Assembly: GCA_045658185.1 (NCBI GenBank) | Contig: JAZOUQ010000145.1 | Span: forward strand, 53,247-117,246 | Direction: 5' to 3' | Source of the DNA: Eubacteriales bacterium | Lineage (GTDB): Bacteria > Bacillota > Clostridia > Oscillospirales > CAG-272 | DNA: 64,000 nucleotides | The notes under the pieces: generated by a model | The model's database searches: none | Told to the model about the DNA's origin: nothing | Seen by the model: only the letters and a program-made list of their open reading frames with translations | Position numbers and translations under genes: made by a program | Part shown: positions 1 through 8,792 of the stretch, piece after piece | Layout: the number at the start of each line of letters is the position of its first letter | Position numbering within the stretch: position 1 is the first letter of the stretch

Positions 1-487
1 TGAAAAGGGTATGTCCCTTGAGGCTGAGGTTGGTTCTATCGGCGGAGAAGAAGACGGAGTTATCGGAGCAGGCGAGTGTACAGACCCCAATGAGTGCAAG
101 ATGATTGCAGATCTTGGTGTTACTATGCTTGCAGCAGGTATCGGTAACATTCACGGTAAGTATCCTGAAAATTGGAAGGGTCTTTCTTTCGAAACTCTTG
201 ATGCTGTTCAGCAGAAGACCGGTGATATGCCCCTCGTTCTTCACGGCGGAACGGGTATTCCCGAGGATATGATAAAGAAGGCAATATCTCTTGGCGTTGC
301 TAAGATTAACGTTAACACCGAGTGTCAGCTTGCATTTGCTGCTGCTACCAGAGCTTACGTAGAAGCAGGTAAGGACCTTGCAGGAAAGGGCTTTGACCCC
401 AGAAAGCTTCTTGCTCCCGGATTTGAGGCAATTAAGGCAACTGTTAAGGAAAAGATGGAGCTCTTCGGTTCTGTTAACAAGGCGTAA
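1..487 (+). CDS. fba: Fructose-bisphosphate aldolase class II, C-terminal part (5' end outside window)
   Basis: The ORF runs off the left edge. GNIHGKYP...PLVLHGGTGIPEDMIKKAISLGVAKINVNTECQ matches the C-terminal half of class II FBP aldolases. Confidence 0.85.
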   Translation, partial: EKGMSLEAEVGSIGGEEDGVIGAGECTDPNECKMIADLGVTMLAAGIGNIHGKYPENWKGLSFETLDAVQQKTGDMPLVLHGGTGIPEDMIKKAISLGVAKINVNTECQLAFAAATRAYVEAGKDLAGKGFDPRKLLAPGFEAIKATVKEKMELFGSVNKA

Positions 488-507
488 TTTTATCACTTAC
501 AATTTCT

Positions 508-540
508 CAAAGGTTGCTACAAATTGTGGCAACCTTTGTT
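508..540 (+). terminator. Hairpin after fba
   Basis: Perfect 10-bp stem caaaggttgc/gcaacctttg with an 11-nt loop, just after the fba stop. The T tract is weak. Confidence 0.5.
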
Positions 541-570
541 ACATAATATTGATTTTTCAGAGGTATCAAA

Positions 571-1593
571 ATGACTAAGATAGATATAATTTCAGGTTTT
601 TTGGGGGCGGGAAAAACCACTCTTATTAACCGTCTGATTCACGAGGCATACGTGGGCGAAAAGCTTGTGCTTATCGAAAATGAATTCGGCGAGATAGGAA
701 TTGACGGTGGTTTTTTACAGGATGCAGGAGTACAGATCGCTGAAATGAATTCAGGCTGTATTTGTTGTTCTCTCGTGGGGGATTTCAGCAAGGCTTTGAC
801 TCAAGTGGTTAATGACTATAATCCCGATAGAATTATTATAGAGCCTTCAGGCGTTGGAAAGTTAAGTGACGTTACAAAGGCAGTTATTGATGCCAACATT
901 GAAAACACGGTAGTTAACAGTGCTGTTGTAGTTGTTGACGTGAATAAGTGCAAAATGTATATGAAAAATTTTGGAGAGTTCTTTAACGACCAGATAGAGC
1001 ATGCCGGCTGTATATATTTTAGCCATACAGATAAGACCACTGACGCAAAGCTGAGCGAAGCTGTAGATTTGATAAGACAGCACAATCAAACCGCAGAACT
1101 TATCGTAACGCCCGTTGATAAGCTCGATATTAAAACGATAATAGATGCATTTGAGAAAAAATCGTCTATTGAGGCTCAGCTGTCCGCTTTGGCTGAGGAA
1201 GGTTCAAGTCATCATCACCACCATCATCACGACGATGACTGTGATTGCCATGAGCATCACCACCACCATCACCACGATGAGGATTGTGATTGTCACGAGC
1301 ATCACCACCATCACGCTGAAGATGTGTTTACAAGCTGGGGCAGAGAAACATTAAAGAAATATTCTGCAGACGGTATATGCAATATACTTAAAGAGCTTCA
1401 AAACAGCGATAAATACGGCTTTATACTCAGAGCAAAGGGAATTGTTGAAAGCACCGACGGAACGTGGATACATTTTGATTACGTCCCCGAAGAGGCTGAC
1501 GTTCGTAGCGGTAGTGCTTCTACCATCGGAAAGCTGTGTGTAATAGGCTCTAAGGTCGACGAAGATGCGATTTGCAAGCTGTTTGAGCTGTGA
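571..1593 (+). CDS. COG0523 (CobW/HypB/UreG-type G3E) GTPase metallochaperone with His/Cys-rich insert
   Basis: Walker A GFLGAGKTTL, ENEFGE, the CxCC motif GCICCS, EPSGV and a CobW_C-like C-terminus. RBS agagg lies 7 nt upstream of the ATG. Confidence 0.85.
   Translation: MTKIDIISGFLGAGKTTLINRLIHEAYVGEKLVLIENEFGEIGIDGGFLQDAGVQIAEMNSGCICCSLVGDFSKALTQVVNDYNPDRIIIEPSGVGKLSDVTKAVIDANIENTVVNSAVVVVDVNKCKMYMKNFGEFFNDQIEHAGCIYFSHTDKTTDAKLSEAVDLIRQHNQTAELIVTPVDKLDIKTIIDAFEKKSSIEAQLSALAEEGSSHHHHHHHDDDCDCHEHHHHHHHDEDCDCHEHHHHHAEDVFTSWGRETLKKYSADGICNILKELQNSDKYGFILRAKGIVESTDGTWIHFDYVPEEADVRSGSASTIGKLCVIGSKVDEDAICKLFEL
1210..1314 (+). repeat. In-frame tandem duplication of a 45-nt unit encoding HHHHHHHD(D/E)DCDCHE, followed by H5
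   Basis: Unit 1 (1210-1254) and unit 2 (1255-1299) differ at 7 of 45 nt. Six changes are synonymous and one is D to E. Confidence 0.9.
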
Positions 1594-1607
1594 TTTAGGA
1601 GAGATAT

Positions 1608-2549
1608 ATGAAGATACCTGTATATTTGTTTACGGGATTTCTTGAAGGTGGAAAAACAAGTATTATTCAAGAATCTCTTAACGATGAAAAATTCAATACC
1701 GGTGAAAAAACCTTGGTTATATTGTGTGAAGAAGGAGAGGTTGAACTTGATTCTTCAAAGTTTTGGGGTAAGAACGTAACCATTTCTGTGATAGAAGATA
1801 AAGATTCTCTTACAAGAGAAAAACTTGAATCTTTGACGGTCAATCGTAAAATAGATAGAATTATCATTGAATATAATGGTATGTGGGAGCTTCAGAGATT
1901 GTACGAGAGCTTTCCTCAAAATTGGGCTATCTATCAAAATATGATGTTTGCTGATGCTAATACCTTCATCAACTACAACGCCAATATGCGTCAGCTTGTA
2001 GTTGATAAGATTCGTGACTGTGAAATGATCGTTCTCAACCGTGCATCTGATGCTATTGATAAGGATGAGATTCATAAGATCGTCAGAGGTATCAGTCGCC
2101 GTGCGGCTATCGTATACGATTATCCCGATGGACACGTAGAGTATGATGAAATGGAAGATCCGTTGCCTTACGATATAGATGCTCCCGTAATTGAAATATC
2201 CGAAGAGGATTATGCTATATGGTACAGAGATCTATCCGAGAATATGATGGCGTATAACGGCAAGACCGTCAAGTTTAAAGGCTTGGTAGCACATGACGAA
2301 AGACTTGATTCGAATTCGTTGGTAATCGGTCGTCCTATAATGACCTGCTGTGTTGACGACATTCAATATGCGGGACTTATCAGTGTATTTTCTAACAAAC
2401 CTTTACTCAAGGACGAGGAATGGGTAACAGTGAAGGGAACTATAAAAATAGAAAAGCACAAGCTTTACCGCACACAAGGTCCTGTTTTATACGTTCAAGC
2501 GACCGAATTTGCCGTACCACCTAAGCAAGTTGTTGCTACATTTTATTAA
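1608..2549 (+). CDS. COG0523-like GTPase lacking CxCC, fused to a DUF1980/TIGR03943-like C-terminal domain
   Basis: Walker A GFLEGGKT and IVLNRASD are present but there is no GCxCC. The C-terminal KTVKFKGLV...IGRPIMTCCVDDIQYAGL...WVTVKG resembles the YcgQ-type CC domain. It starts 14 nt after the upstream gene, with RBS aggaga. Confidence 0.6.
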   Translation: MKIPVYLFTGFLEGGKTSIIQESLNDEKFNTGEKTLVILCEEGEVELDSSKFWGKNVTISVIEDKDSLTREKLESLTVNRKIDRIIIEYNGMWELQRLYESFPQNWAIYQNMMFADANTFINYNANMRQLVVDKIRDCEMIVLNRASDAIDKDEIHKIVRGISRRAAIVYDYPDGHVEYDEMEDPLPYDIDAPVIEISEEDYAIWYRDLSENMMAYNGKTVKFKGLVAHDERLDSNSLVIGRPIMTCCVDDIQYAGLISVFSNKPLLKDEEWVTVKGTIKIEKHKLYRTQGPVLYVQATEFAVPPKQVVATFY

Positions 2550-2550
2550 G

Positions 2551-2585
2551 AAAAAAGAGTTGTTTCAAATTGAAACAACTCTTTT
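2551..2585. terminator. Bidirectional-looking intrinsic terminator
   Basis: An 11-bp stem gagttgtttca/tgaaacaactc with a 3-nt loop, flanked by an A run and a T run. Confidence 0.7.
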
Positions 2586-2608
2586 ATAATAAAATATATA
2601 AAATTTTC

Positions 2609-2646
2609 CAACCTTTTTCAAAATCCGTGTCTATATGGGTGAAAGC
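2609..2646 (+). promoter_or_regulatory. Candidate ECF-type promoter (copy 1): CAACC-N17-CTATATGGGTGAAAGC
   Basis: The motif is shared with the regions upstream of the other two sigma paralogues (20052-20090, 22028-22066). It ends 20 nt before the GTG start. Confidence 0.45.
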
Positions 2647-2665
2647 TTTCAATAGGAGAAAACAA

Positions 2666-4336
2666 GTGAACAGACAAGATGCAGAAAAAATTATAACAGA
2701 ATATCTGAAGCCCATATTTGGTTTTGCACTTAAGCGATGCAAGAACTTTCAGGATGCAGAGGATCTTTCGCAGGATATTGTGCTAAAAGCATTTAGAGCT
2801 ATTCTTATCAAAGATGATATTGGGGATGTGAGGAAATTTATTTGGACGATCGCTCATAACACGCTCAGCAATTATTATCGTGATTCCGCTAAAGGTATTA
2901 TTGGCGTATCTGTTGACGAATTTAAAGATTTTATTGCTGACCCCGATGCGGAGTATACTTCTGATGATAATGCAGAATCAATACATCGATTGCAAAATGA
3001 GATAGCCTATCTTTCAAAGCTTCAGCGTAAAATCGTGATTGCATATTATTTTGAAAATCGCAAGCAAGCAGATATTGCAAAGGATTTGGATATTCCTCTT
3101 GGCACTGTCAAATGGCATTTGTTTGAAGCAAAAAAAGAATTGAAACGAGGTATGGATACTATGAGAAAAACAAGTGAACTTAAATTTAATCCTATTAAAT
3201 TTTCATTATGTGGATTTGCGGGTTCAATCGGTACGAAGGGAAATGTTGGAAATTTCTTTCGTTCCTCAATCGTACAAAACATTGCATATTGCATTAAAGA
3301 TACACCTAAATCGATTAATGAGATTGCAGATGCACTTGGTGTTTCGCCAGTATATATTGAGAGCGAAGTTGAATATCTTGAAGAATACGGATTTTTACTC
3401 AAACAAGACAATAAATACATTATTAATTTTTTATTGGATGAACCCGACGAATACATTATCAAAATAAAGGAGGATATGTATTCGAAAGCCGCAAAGTTAT
3501 TTGCAAATGAATTATACGATTCCTTGTCTCAGAGTTCACTATTGAATAAATCAAACATTGTATGCTGTAATCGAATGGTCGATATTAACGAAGAAATGCA
3601 AGTGCCGATTTTTGAAAATGACCATAATTTTTTGCTTTGGTCATTAATTCCATATATAACTGCATTAAGTGGCGAAAAATATATGGATGATAAAATCAAA
3701 TTCGAGGAAGTGTGCACAATACGTCCAGACGGAGGGAAAAACATATGCTACGCCTCAATCGAAAATGATATTGTTCCTCAACACTTTGAAAGTATGAAAA
3801 AATTTTGTGGACCTTGTTGGAATGGATTTACAGATAAGTTTATTTTGTGGACTATTGATACAGAGTGGAGCAAAAGGCGAATTGATGATAACTATCAACT
3901 AACTGTCGCAAGAGACTTATCCGTTTTTGAACGCTTTTTTAACGATGAAGAGCTTTCTGATTTAGATTATGCCTATATGTACGAAAAAGGTTATATGAGA
4001 CGGTATGAAAGCATTCACGGTCGTTGGACAGGTTTGCAAATTGTATGGATAAGGAATACCGAAGCAAGAAAAATGCTACTTGAGTTTGGTGATAAGATTA
4101 AAGAAAAATATCAAGAAGAATTTGAAACATTAAAAGCTCCGTATGTAAAAGCTATTCTTGAAAGAACACCGAAGCATCTTCATAAAGCTCAAATGTATGG
4201 ACTTCAACATATTTTTTACAGTGATGGATGGTTTATTCTTCATTGTTTAAAGGAACTCGTTAACAACGGAAAATTGAAATTACCGACAGATGAACAAAGA
4301 AAATCATTAACAACTTTGATTGTACCTAATATATAA
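2666..4336 (+). CDS. Sigma-70/ECF-like sigma factor with ~380 aa C-terminal extension (paralogue 1)
   Basis: Region 2 DAEDLSQDIVLKAF and region 4.2 IPLGTVKWHLFEAKKEL. GTG start at 2666, 6 nt after AGGAGA. The listed start at 2570 is a TTG inside the upstream terminator. Confidence 0.75.
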   Translation: MNRQDAEKIITEYLKPIFGFALKRCKNFQDAEDLSQDIVLKAFRAILIKDDIGDVRKFIWTIAHNTLSNYYRDSAKGIIGVSVDEFKDFIADPDAEYTSDDNAESIHRLQNEIAYLSKLQRKIVIAYYFENRKQADIAKDLDIPLGTVKWHLFEAKKELKRGMDTMRKTSELKFNPIKFSLCGFAGSIGTKGNVGNFFRSSIVQNIAYCIKDTPKSINEIADALGVSPVYIESEVEYLEEYGFLLKQDNKYIINFLLDEPDEYIIKIKEDMYSKAAKLFANELYDSLSQSSLLNKSNIVCCNRMVDINEEMQVPIFENDHNFLLWSLIPYITALSGEKYMDDKIKFEEVCTIRPDGGKNICYASIENDIVPQHFESMKKFCGPCWNGFTDKFILWTIDTEWSKRRIDDNYQLTVARDLSVFERFFNDEELSDLDYAYMYEKGYMRRYESIHGRWTGLQIVWIRNTEARKMLLEFGDKIKEKYQEEFETLKAPYVKAILERTPKHLHKAQMYGLQHIFYSDGWFILHCLKELVNNGKLKLPTDEQRKSLTTLIVPNI

Positions 4337-4341
4337 AAAGC

Positions 4342-4377
4342 ACCGCAGAGAGCAACCATTCGGTAACTCTCTGCGGT
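4342..4377. terminator. Two-tier hairpin terminator (copy 1 of the conserved sigma 3' element), shared with convergent clpX
   Basis: accgcagagag/ctctctgcggt stem, a 2x2 internal loop, an ACC/GGT tier and a 4-nt loop, followed by tattttttatt. Confidence 0.7.
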
Positions 4378-4383
4378 TATTTT

Positions 4384-5709
4384 TTATTCAAGCTCTCCAG
4401 AAATCGGAGTATTCAATTCAACAAGTTCTTTTTCAACCAATTTTGCAGGTGAATTGCCCTTAACACAATCTGCATCTATCAATACAGATGCCACGTTTTC
4501 ACGTGAGGGAACATCGTACATAATAGGCATCATAAGATTTTCGGTTATAGATCTAAGACCTCTTGCACCCGTATTTCTTTCGATTGCCAAGGCAGCGATT
4601 GCCTCGAGTGCTTCGTTGTCAAATTCAAGCTCCACACCGTCCATCGCAAGTAACTTTTTGTATTGCTTTATAAGGGAGTTTTTAGGCTCACTCAATATTC
4701 TCACAAGTGCATCCTTATCAAGGTCGTCAAGCGGAACTATAACGGGAATACGTCCTACAAGCTCGGGAATAAGTCCAAACTTAACTATATCGTGAGGCGT
4801 AACGTCTTTATAGATACCAACCTTTTGTTTTTCAGCTTTTTTCTTTATTTCGCTTGAAAAACCTATGGTCTGATTTCCTTGGCGTTTTTCGATAAGCTTA
4901 TCAAGTCCAGCGAATGCTCCTTCGCAGATAAACCAAATAATTTCAGTGTTTATCTGAATAAACTCTTGGTTGGGGTGCTTGCGACCGCCTTGAGGAGGTA
5001 CGTTGGCAACAGTGCCTTCCAAAATCTTAAGAAGTGCCTGTTGTACGCCTTCGCCTGATACGTCGCGTGTTATAGAGCGATTTTCACTCTTACGGGCGAT
5101 CTTATCGATTTCATCAATGTAGATAATACCTTTTTCAGCACGCTCTATATCATAATCAGCCGCCTGTATAAGACGGAGAAGAATATTCTCCACGTCCTCA
5201 CCCACGTATCCTGCTTCAGTCAAAGTAGTAGCGTCAGCTATCGCGAAGGGAACTTTAAGCGATTTCGCAAGAGTTTGTGCAAGATAGGTCTTACCAACAC
5301 CGGTATTACCTATAAGAAGAACGTTGCTTTTTTGAAGGTCTATATCCGACTCAATAGTTTCTTTCTTTGCCTTGGCATCGTTTCTGTCTTTATTATAAAG
5401 TATTCTTTTATAATGATTATATACCGCAACAGAAAGAACCTTTTTCGCCTCGTCCTGACCTATAACGTATTCGTCTAAGATACTCTTTATACGTGCGGGC
5501 TTAGGAAGATTGTCAAAAGAAAGATCGTCGCCTACAGCATTTGATACTACAGTATTTTCATATATAAGCTCTTGACACGCATCTACACAAAAATCACAAA
5601 TATAAACGCCGGTAGGGGAAGGAATCAGAAAATTGACTTGATTTTCATTTCTTCCGCAGAATGAACAGTATCTTACGTTTGAACCGTTTGTTGTATTATT
5701 TGAAGCCAT
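4384..5709 (-). CDS. clpX: ATP-dependent Clp protease ATP-binding subunit ClpX
   Basis: N-terminal zinc finger CSFCGR...CDFC, Walker A GNTGVGKT and Walker [10 protein letters not shown]. The start is set at MASNN, with AAAGGA 7 nt upstream. Confidence 0.95.
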   Translation of the reverse strand: MASNNTTNGSNVRYCSFCGRNENQVNFLIPSPTGVYICDFCVDACQELIYENTVVSNAVGDDLSFDNLPKPARIKSILDEYVIGQDEAKKVLSVAVYNHYKRILYNKDRNDAKAKKETIESDIDLQKSNVLLIGNTGVGKTYLAQTLAKSLKVPFAIADATTLTEAGYVGEDVENILLRLIQAADYDIERAEKGIIYIDEIDKIARKSENRSITRDVSGEGVQQALLKILEGTVANVPPQGGRKHPNQEFIQINTEIIWFICEGAFAGLDKLIEKRQGNQTIGFSSEIKKKAEKQKVGIYKDVTPHDIVKFGLIPELVGRIPVIVPLDDLDKDALVRILSEPKNSLIKQYKKLLAMDGVELEFDNEALEAIAALAIERNTGARGLRSITENLMMPIMYDVPSRENVASVLIDADCVKGNSPAKLVEKELVELNTPISGELE

Positions 5710-5729
5710 TTTGGTATCCTTTCGGGAGA

Positions 5730-6341
5730 TCAAGCTCTTTTCTCAAATATTTTGTCGATCAATCCGTATTCAAGAGCCTGCTTTGCAGTCATAAAATTAT
5801 CACGCTCGGTATCTCTTGCAATTTCTTCGATTGAACGTCCCGTATTTTCAGCAAGTATTCTATTAAGATTATCTCTTGTACGCAAGATCAGATCAGCCTG
5901 GATCTTTATATCACTTGCCTGACCCTTTGCACCGCCGAGGGGCTGGTGTATCATTATCTCGCTGTTGGGAAGGGCGATACGTTTGCCTTTCGCACCCGCC
6001 GAAAGCAGAAATGCCCCCATACTTGCTGCCATACCGATACAGATGGTAGATACGTCGCATTTTACGTAATTCATCGTATCGTAAATAGCCATGCCCGCCG
6101 TTACAGAGCCGCCGGGACTGTTAATGTAAAAGCTTATATCCTTATCGGGATCCTGTGCTTCAAGGAAAAGAAGCTGAGCGACAACCAAGGAGGCGGTTGC
6201 GTCATTGACTTCGTCTGACAAGAATATAATTCTATCATTGAGCAGACGGGAAAAAATGTCATAAGAGCGTTCACCCTTACCGGTTTGCTCAACAACCATA
6301 GGCACGAGAGCATTAAACATTTTGTCGTTCATATTAAACAT
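5730..6341 (-). CDS. clpP: ATP-dependent Clp protease proteolytic subunit ClpP
   Basis: [30 protein letters not shown] and MIHQP motifs, with AGGAGG as the RBS. Confidence 0.95.
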   Translation of the reverse strand: MFNMNDKMFNALVPMVVEQTGKGERSYDIFSRLLNDRIIFLSDEVNDATASLVVAQLLFLEAQDPDKDISFYINSPGGSVTAGMAIYDTMNYVKCDVSTICIGMAASMGAFLLSAGAKGKRIALPNSEIMIHQPLGGAKGQASDIKIQADLILRTRDNLNRILAENTGRSIEEIARDTERDNFMTAKQALEYGLIDKIFEKRA

Positions 6342-6373
6342 AACTACCTCCTGTGTCGCTTTAGCGATATAAA

Positions 6374-7657
6374 TTACTTGGTCTTAATGACCGCCTTTTC
6401 CTTAACAAGATCCATTGCCTTCTTGACCTTCATGTCAGCAGCAATAGCCTCGGAATCGATGCTTGCCTTAACCTGATCCAGCTCAACACCGTAAGCATTA
6501 GCAATATTCTGATATTCTTCGTTGATATCATCTTCGGTTGCCTCGATATTTTCAAGGGCAACTATCTTTTCAAGAGCAAGTCTTGCCTTAACCTGACGCT
6601 CTGCCTGAGGTCTCATCTGCTCACGGAGATTGTCAAGGGTAAGACCTGTGTACTTGAAGTAAGTATTGAGGTCAAGTCCCTGAGAACGGAGTCTGTTATC
6701 GTAATCACGAACGAAGTTTTCGGTTTCAGCTACGAACATAGCCTCAGGAATATCTGCCTCCAGCTTTTCGATAAGAGCTTCAACCAGCTTTTCCTCAACT
6801 GCATTATCAGCAGCAGCCTCATATCTCTTTTCGATTTTTGCCTTCAAATCAGCCTTATATTCATCAAATGTATCAAATTCTGATACGTCCTTTGCAAAAT
6901 CGTCATCAAGCTCGGGAAGCTCAACCTTGGTTATAGCGTGTATCTTTACCTTAAATACAGCTTCCTTACCTGCAAGACCTTCTGCGTGGTACTCGGTGGG
7001 GAAGGTTACGTTAACGTCAAATTCCTCATCGATGCTGTGTCCTGCAACCTGCTCCTCAAATCCGGGAATGAAAGAACCCGAACCGAGCTTGAGTGCGTAG
7101 TCGGTACCCTTACCACCCTCGAAAGCTACACCGTCACAGAAGCCCTCAAAGTCAATAACCGCAGTATCGCCCATTTCAGCGGCACGGTCGGTAACTTCGG
7201 TCTCTCTGGAATTTCTCTCTCTTACGGTTTCAATTTCTTTTGCTACGTCCTCATCGGTAACAGCGGTAACTTCCTTTTCAACCTCAATGCCAAGGTAGTC
7301 CTTAATTTCTACGTCAGGCTTTACATAAACCTTTGCAGAAAGAACAAGACCGTTATCGTCGATAGACACGATATCAAACTCAGGCTGACTTACAACGTCA
7401 AGCTTAGCTTCATCAAGTGCCTCTGCGTATGCAGAAGGAATAAGATCGTTGATAGCATCCTCGTAGAATACACCAGTGCCATACATTTTCTCAATAATGG
7501 ACTTGGGTGCTTTTCCTTTTCTGAATCCGGGAACAGTGATAGACTTTACCTGCTTGCGGTAAACCTTATCAACAGCTGCATCAAAGGTAGCTTTATCTAC
7601 CGAAATATGCAGTTCATACTGATTTTTTTCAATCAATTCAGACTTTGTTAAACTCAT
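6374..7657 (-). CDS. tig: Trigger factor
   Basis: The GFRKGKAP ribosome-binding signature, a central FKBP-like domain and the tig-clpP-clpX gene order. Confidence 0.95.
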   Translation of the reverse strand: MSLTKSELIEKNQYELHISVDKATFDAAVDKVYRKQVKSITVPGFRKGKAPKSIIEKMYGTGVFYEDAINDLIPSAYAEALDEAKLDVVSQPEFDIVSIDDNGLVLSAKVYVKPDVEIKDYLGIEVEKEVTAVTDEDVAKEIETVRERNSRETEVTDRAAEMGDTAVIDFEGFCDGVAFEGGKGTDYALKLGSGSFIPGFEEQVAGHSIDEEFDVNVTFPTEYHAEGLAGKEAVFKVKIHAITKVELPELDDDFAKDVSEFDTFDEYKADLKAKIEKRYEAAADNAVEEKLVEALIEKLEADIPEAMFVAETENFVRDYDNRLRSQGLDLNTYFKYTGLTLDNLREQMRPQAERQVKARLALEKIVALENIEATEDDINEEYQNIANAYGVELDQVKASIDSEAIAADMKVKKAMDLVKEKAVIKTK

Positions 7658-7749
7658 TTGGTTTAAACCTCCGATATAATAAAATAATTTTTTTCATACC
7701 TATATATTGTACTTTTTTTGCGACGATTTGTCAATAGATTTTTAAAAAA

Positions 7750-8466
7750 TCACACGATTTTAGGGATAAAATCGAGAAAATCCGATGAAATCAAATAAAA
7801 TTTAATATTTTCATACTCAAAAACGTCAGCACACGAATAACTGCTGTGTATATGTCCGAAATAACACCTCTTAATATCATATGTTCGAAGAACATCAAAT
7901 ATTGGTTTGCAGACAAAATCTCCCCATACGGGAGGGAAGTGCAGAAAAACCAAAATTTCCTTATTGGTTTTCTCACTTAATTCTTTTGCTTGGGCGAGGG
8001 ATAAGTTCAATCTTATTGCTTCACGGTTTACAATTTTGTCGTAATCTACCGTCTCCTCGGCATTTTGCATTGATCTATCTGTGAACCATCCTCTTGAACC
8101 TGCAATTATATAATTTTCTATTTCAAGAGCGGTATTGTTTAAAACGCTGATTGTCGTTATATTATTTGTCTCAAAAAAAGTATTTAGTTTGGAAAGAGTA
8201 GACCACCAAAAATCATGATTTCCTTTAAGAATGATTTTTTTTCCGGGTAATTTGTCTAACCAGATAAGATCATTCAATGCGTCCGTAGTAGCGAGTCCCC
8301 AAGAAATATCTCCCGGGATTATAACGGTATCCGCATCCGAAACTACACTTTTCCATCTGTCGGAAATTTTATCTATGTAATTTATCCATCTTTTTCCAAA
8401 ACACTCCATCGACTTTTGTGGATTAGCAGTTGCCAGATGAAGATCAGCGATAACAAAAACAGCCAT
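7750..8466 (-). CDS. Metallophosphoesterase (calcineurin-like)
   Basis: VIADLHL, PGDISW, GNHDFWW and GHIH motifs. The start is trimmed to MAVFVIADLHL; the longer ORF overlaps the divergent gene. Confidence 0.75.
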   Translation of the reverse strand: MAVFVIADLHLATANPQKSMECFGKRWINYIDKISDRWKSVVSDADTVIIPGDISWGLATTDALNDLIWLDKLPGKKIILKGNHDFWWSTLSKLNTFFETNNITTISVLNNTALEIENYIIAGSRGWFTDRSMQNAEETVDYDKIVNREAIRLNLSLAQAKELSEKTNKEILVFLHFPPVWGDFVCKPIFDVLRTYDIKRCYFGHIHSSYSCADVFEYENIKFYLISSDFLDFIPKIV

Positions 8467-8541
8467 TAAATAAATCCTTATGTATAAATATTTTAATTGT
8501 GAAAACAATAATAGTATTCTTATCAAGGAGGTTTTGTAAGA

Positions 8542-8736
8542 ATGATAAACGAAAATCGTAATTCCACTACAAACGGTTGTAACACCGGAAAAGAACACAT
8601 CAAGGGAATAAAATGTGACGTCAGAAACTGCGTATACCACGACTGTGACACACACTGCACCGCGAACCAGATAGCTGTTGGCTGTTGTAACGGTACAAAC
8701 GGTGCTGAGTGCGACACTTTTAAGGAAAGAAAGTAA
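8542..8736 (+). CDS. Small Cys-rich protein, DUF1540-like
   Basis: The 64-aa product contains CDVRNCVYHDCDTHCTANQIAV, which fits the pattern C.V..C.Y......C.A..I.V. A strong RBS aaggagg precedes it and a terminator follows. Confidence 0.6.
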   Translation: MINENRNSTTNGCNTGKEHIKGIKCDVRNCVYHDCDTHCTANQIAVGCCNGTNGAECDTFKERK

Positions 8737-8755
8737 AAATATCGTGTTCGAATAT

Positions 8756-8784
8756 CAGGGGTTGTCGCGTTACGGCAACCCCTG
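8756..8784. terminator. Hairpin between convergent DUF1540 gene and thrC
   Basis: A 9-bp stem caggggttg/caacccctg. Confidence 0.6.
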
Positions 8785-8792
8785 ATTATCAA

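Noticed and set aside
488-570. A search for a Zur/Fur-type palindromic box upstream of the COG0523 pair.
   Set aside because: Only a terminator hairpin and A/T-rich sequence (tgttacataatattgat) are present. I could not identify a convincing 7-1-7 or 9-1-9 inverted repeat by eye, so I make no regulatory call.
1145-1354. An alternative-frame ORF across the His-rich region (ITTIITTMTVIAMSITTTITT).
   Set aside because: It is a frame-shifted reading of the CAT/CAC codon run inside the well-supported COG0523 gene.
2570-2665. A 32-codon N-terminal extension of the first sigma ORF as listed.
   Set aside because: The listed start is a TTG inside the stem of the upstream terminator. The extension would also cover the promoter-like motif. 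A GTG with a good AGGAGA RBS at 2666 gives an N-terminus collinear with the paralogues.
4384-5709. A possible lesion in clpX, because FICEGAF replaces the usual FICGGAF and the region reads NTEIIWF.
   Set aside because: The ORF is intact end to end and all other ClpX motifs are collinear. I treat this as lineage variation, not a frameshift.
6938-7651. A 237-aa ORF antisense to tig. Similar ORFs lie at 52601-53278 (antisense to the binding protein) and 56214-56771 (antisense to uvrB).
   Set aside because: They show the same pattern of shadow ORFs opposite strongly supported genes, with no start signals.
8467-8655. A 63-codon upstream extension of the metallophosphoesterase ORF, and the ORF at 8523-8792 on the minus strand.
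   Set aside because: The extension has no homology-like features and overlaps the divergent DUF1540 gene and its promoter. The conserved MAVFVIADLHL N-terminus marks the real start.
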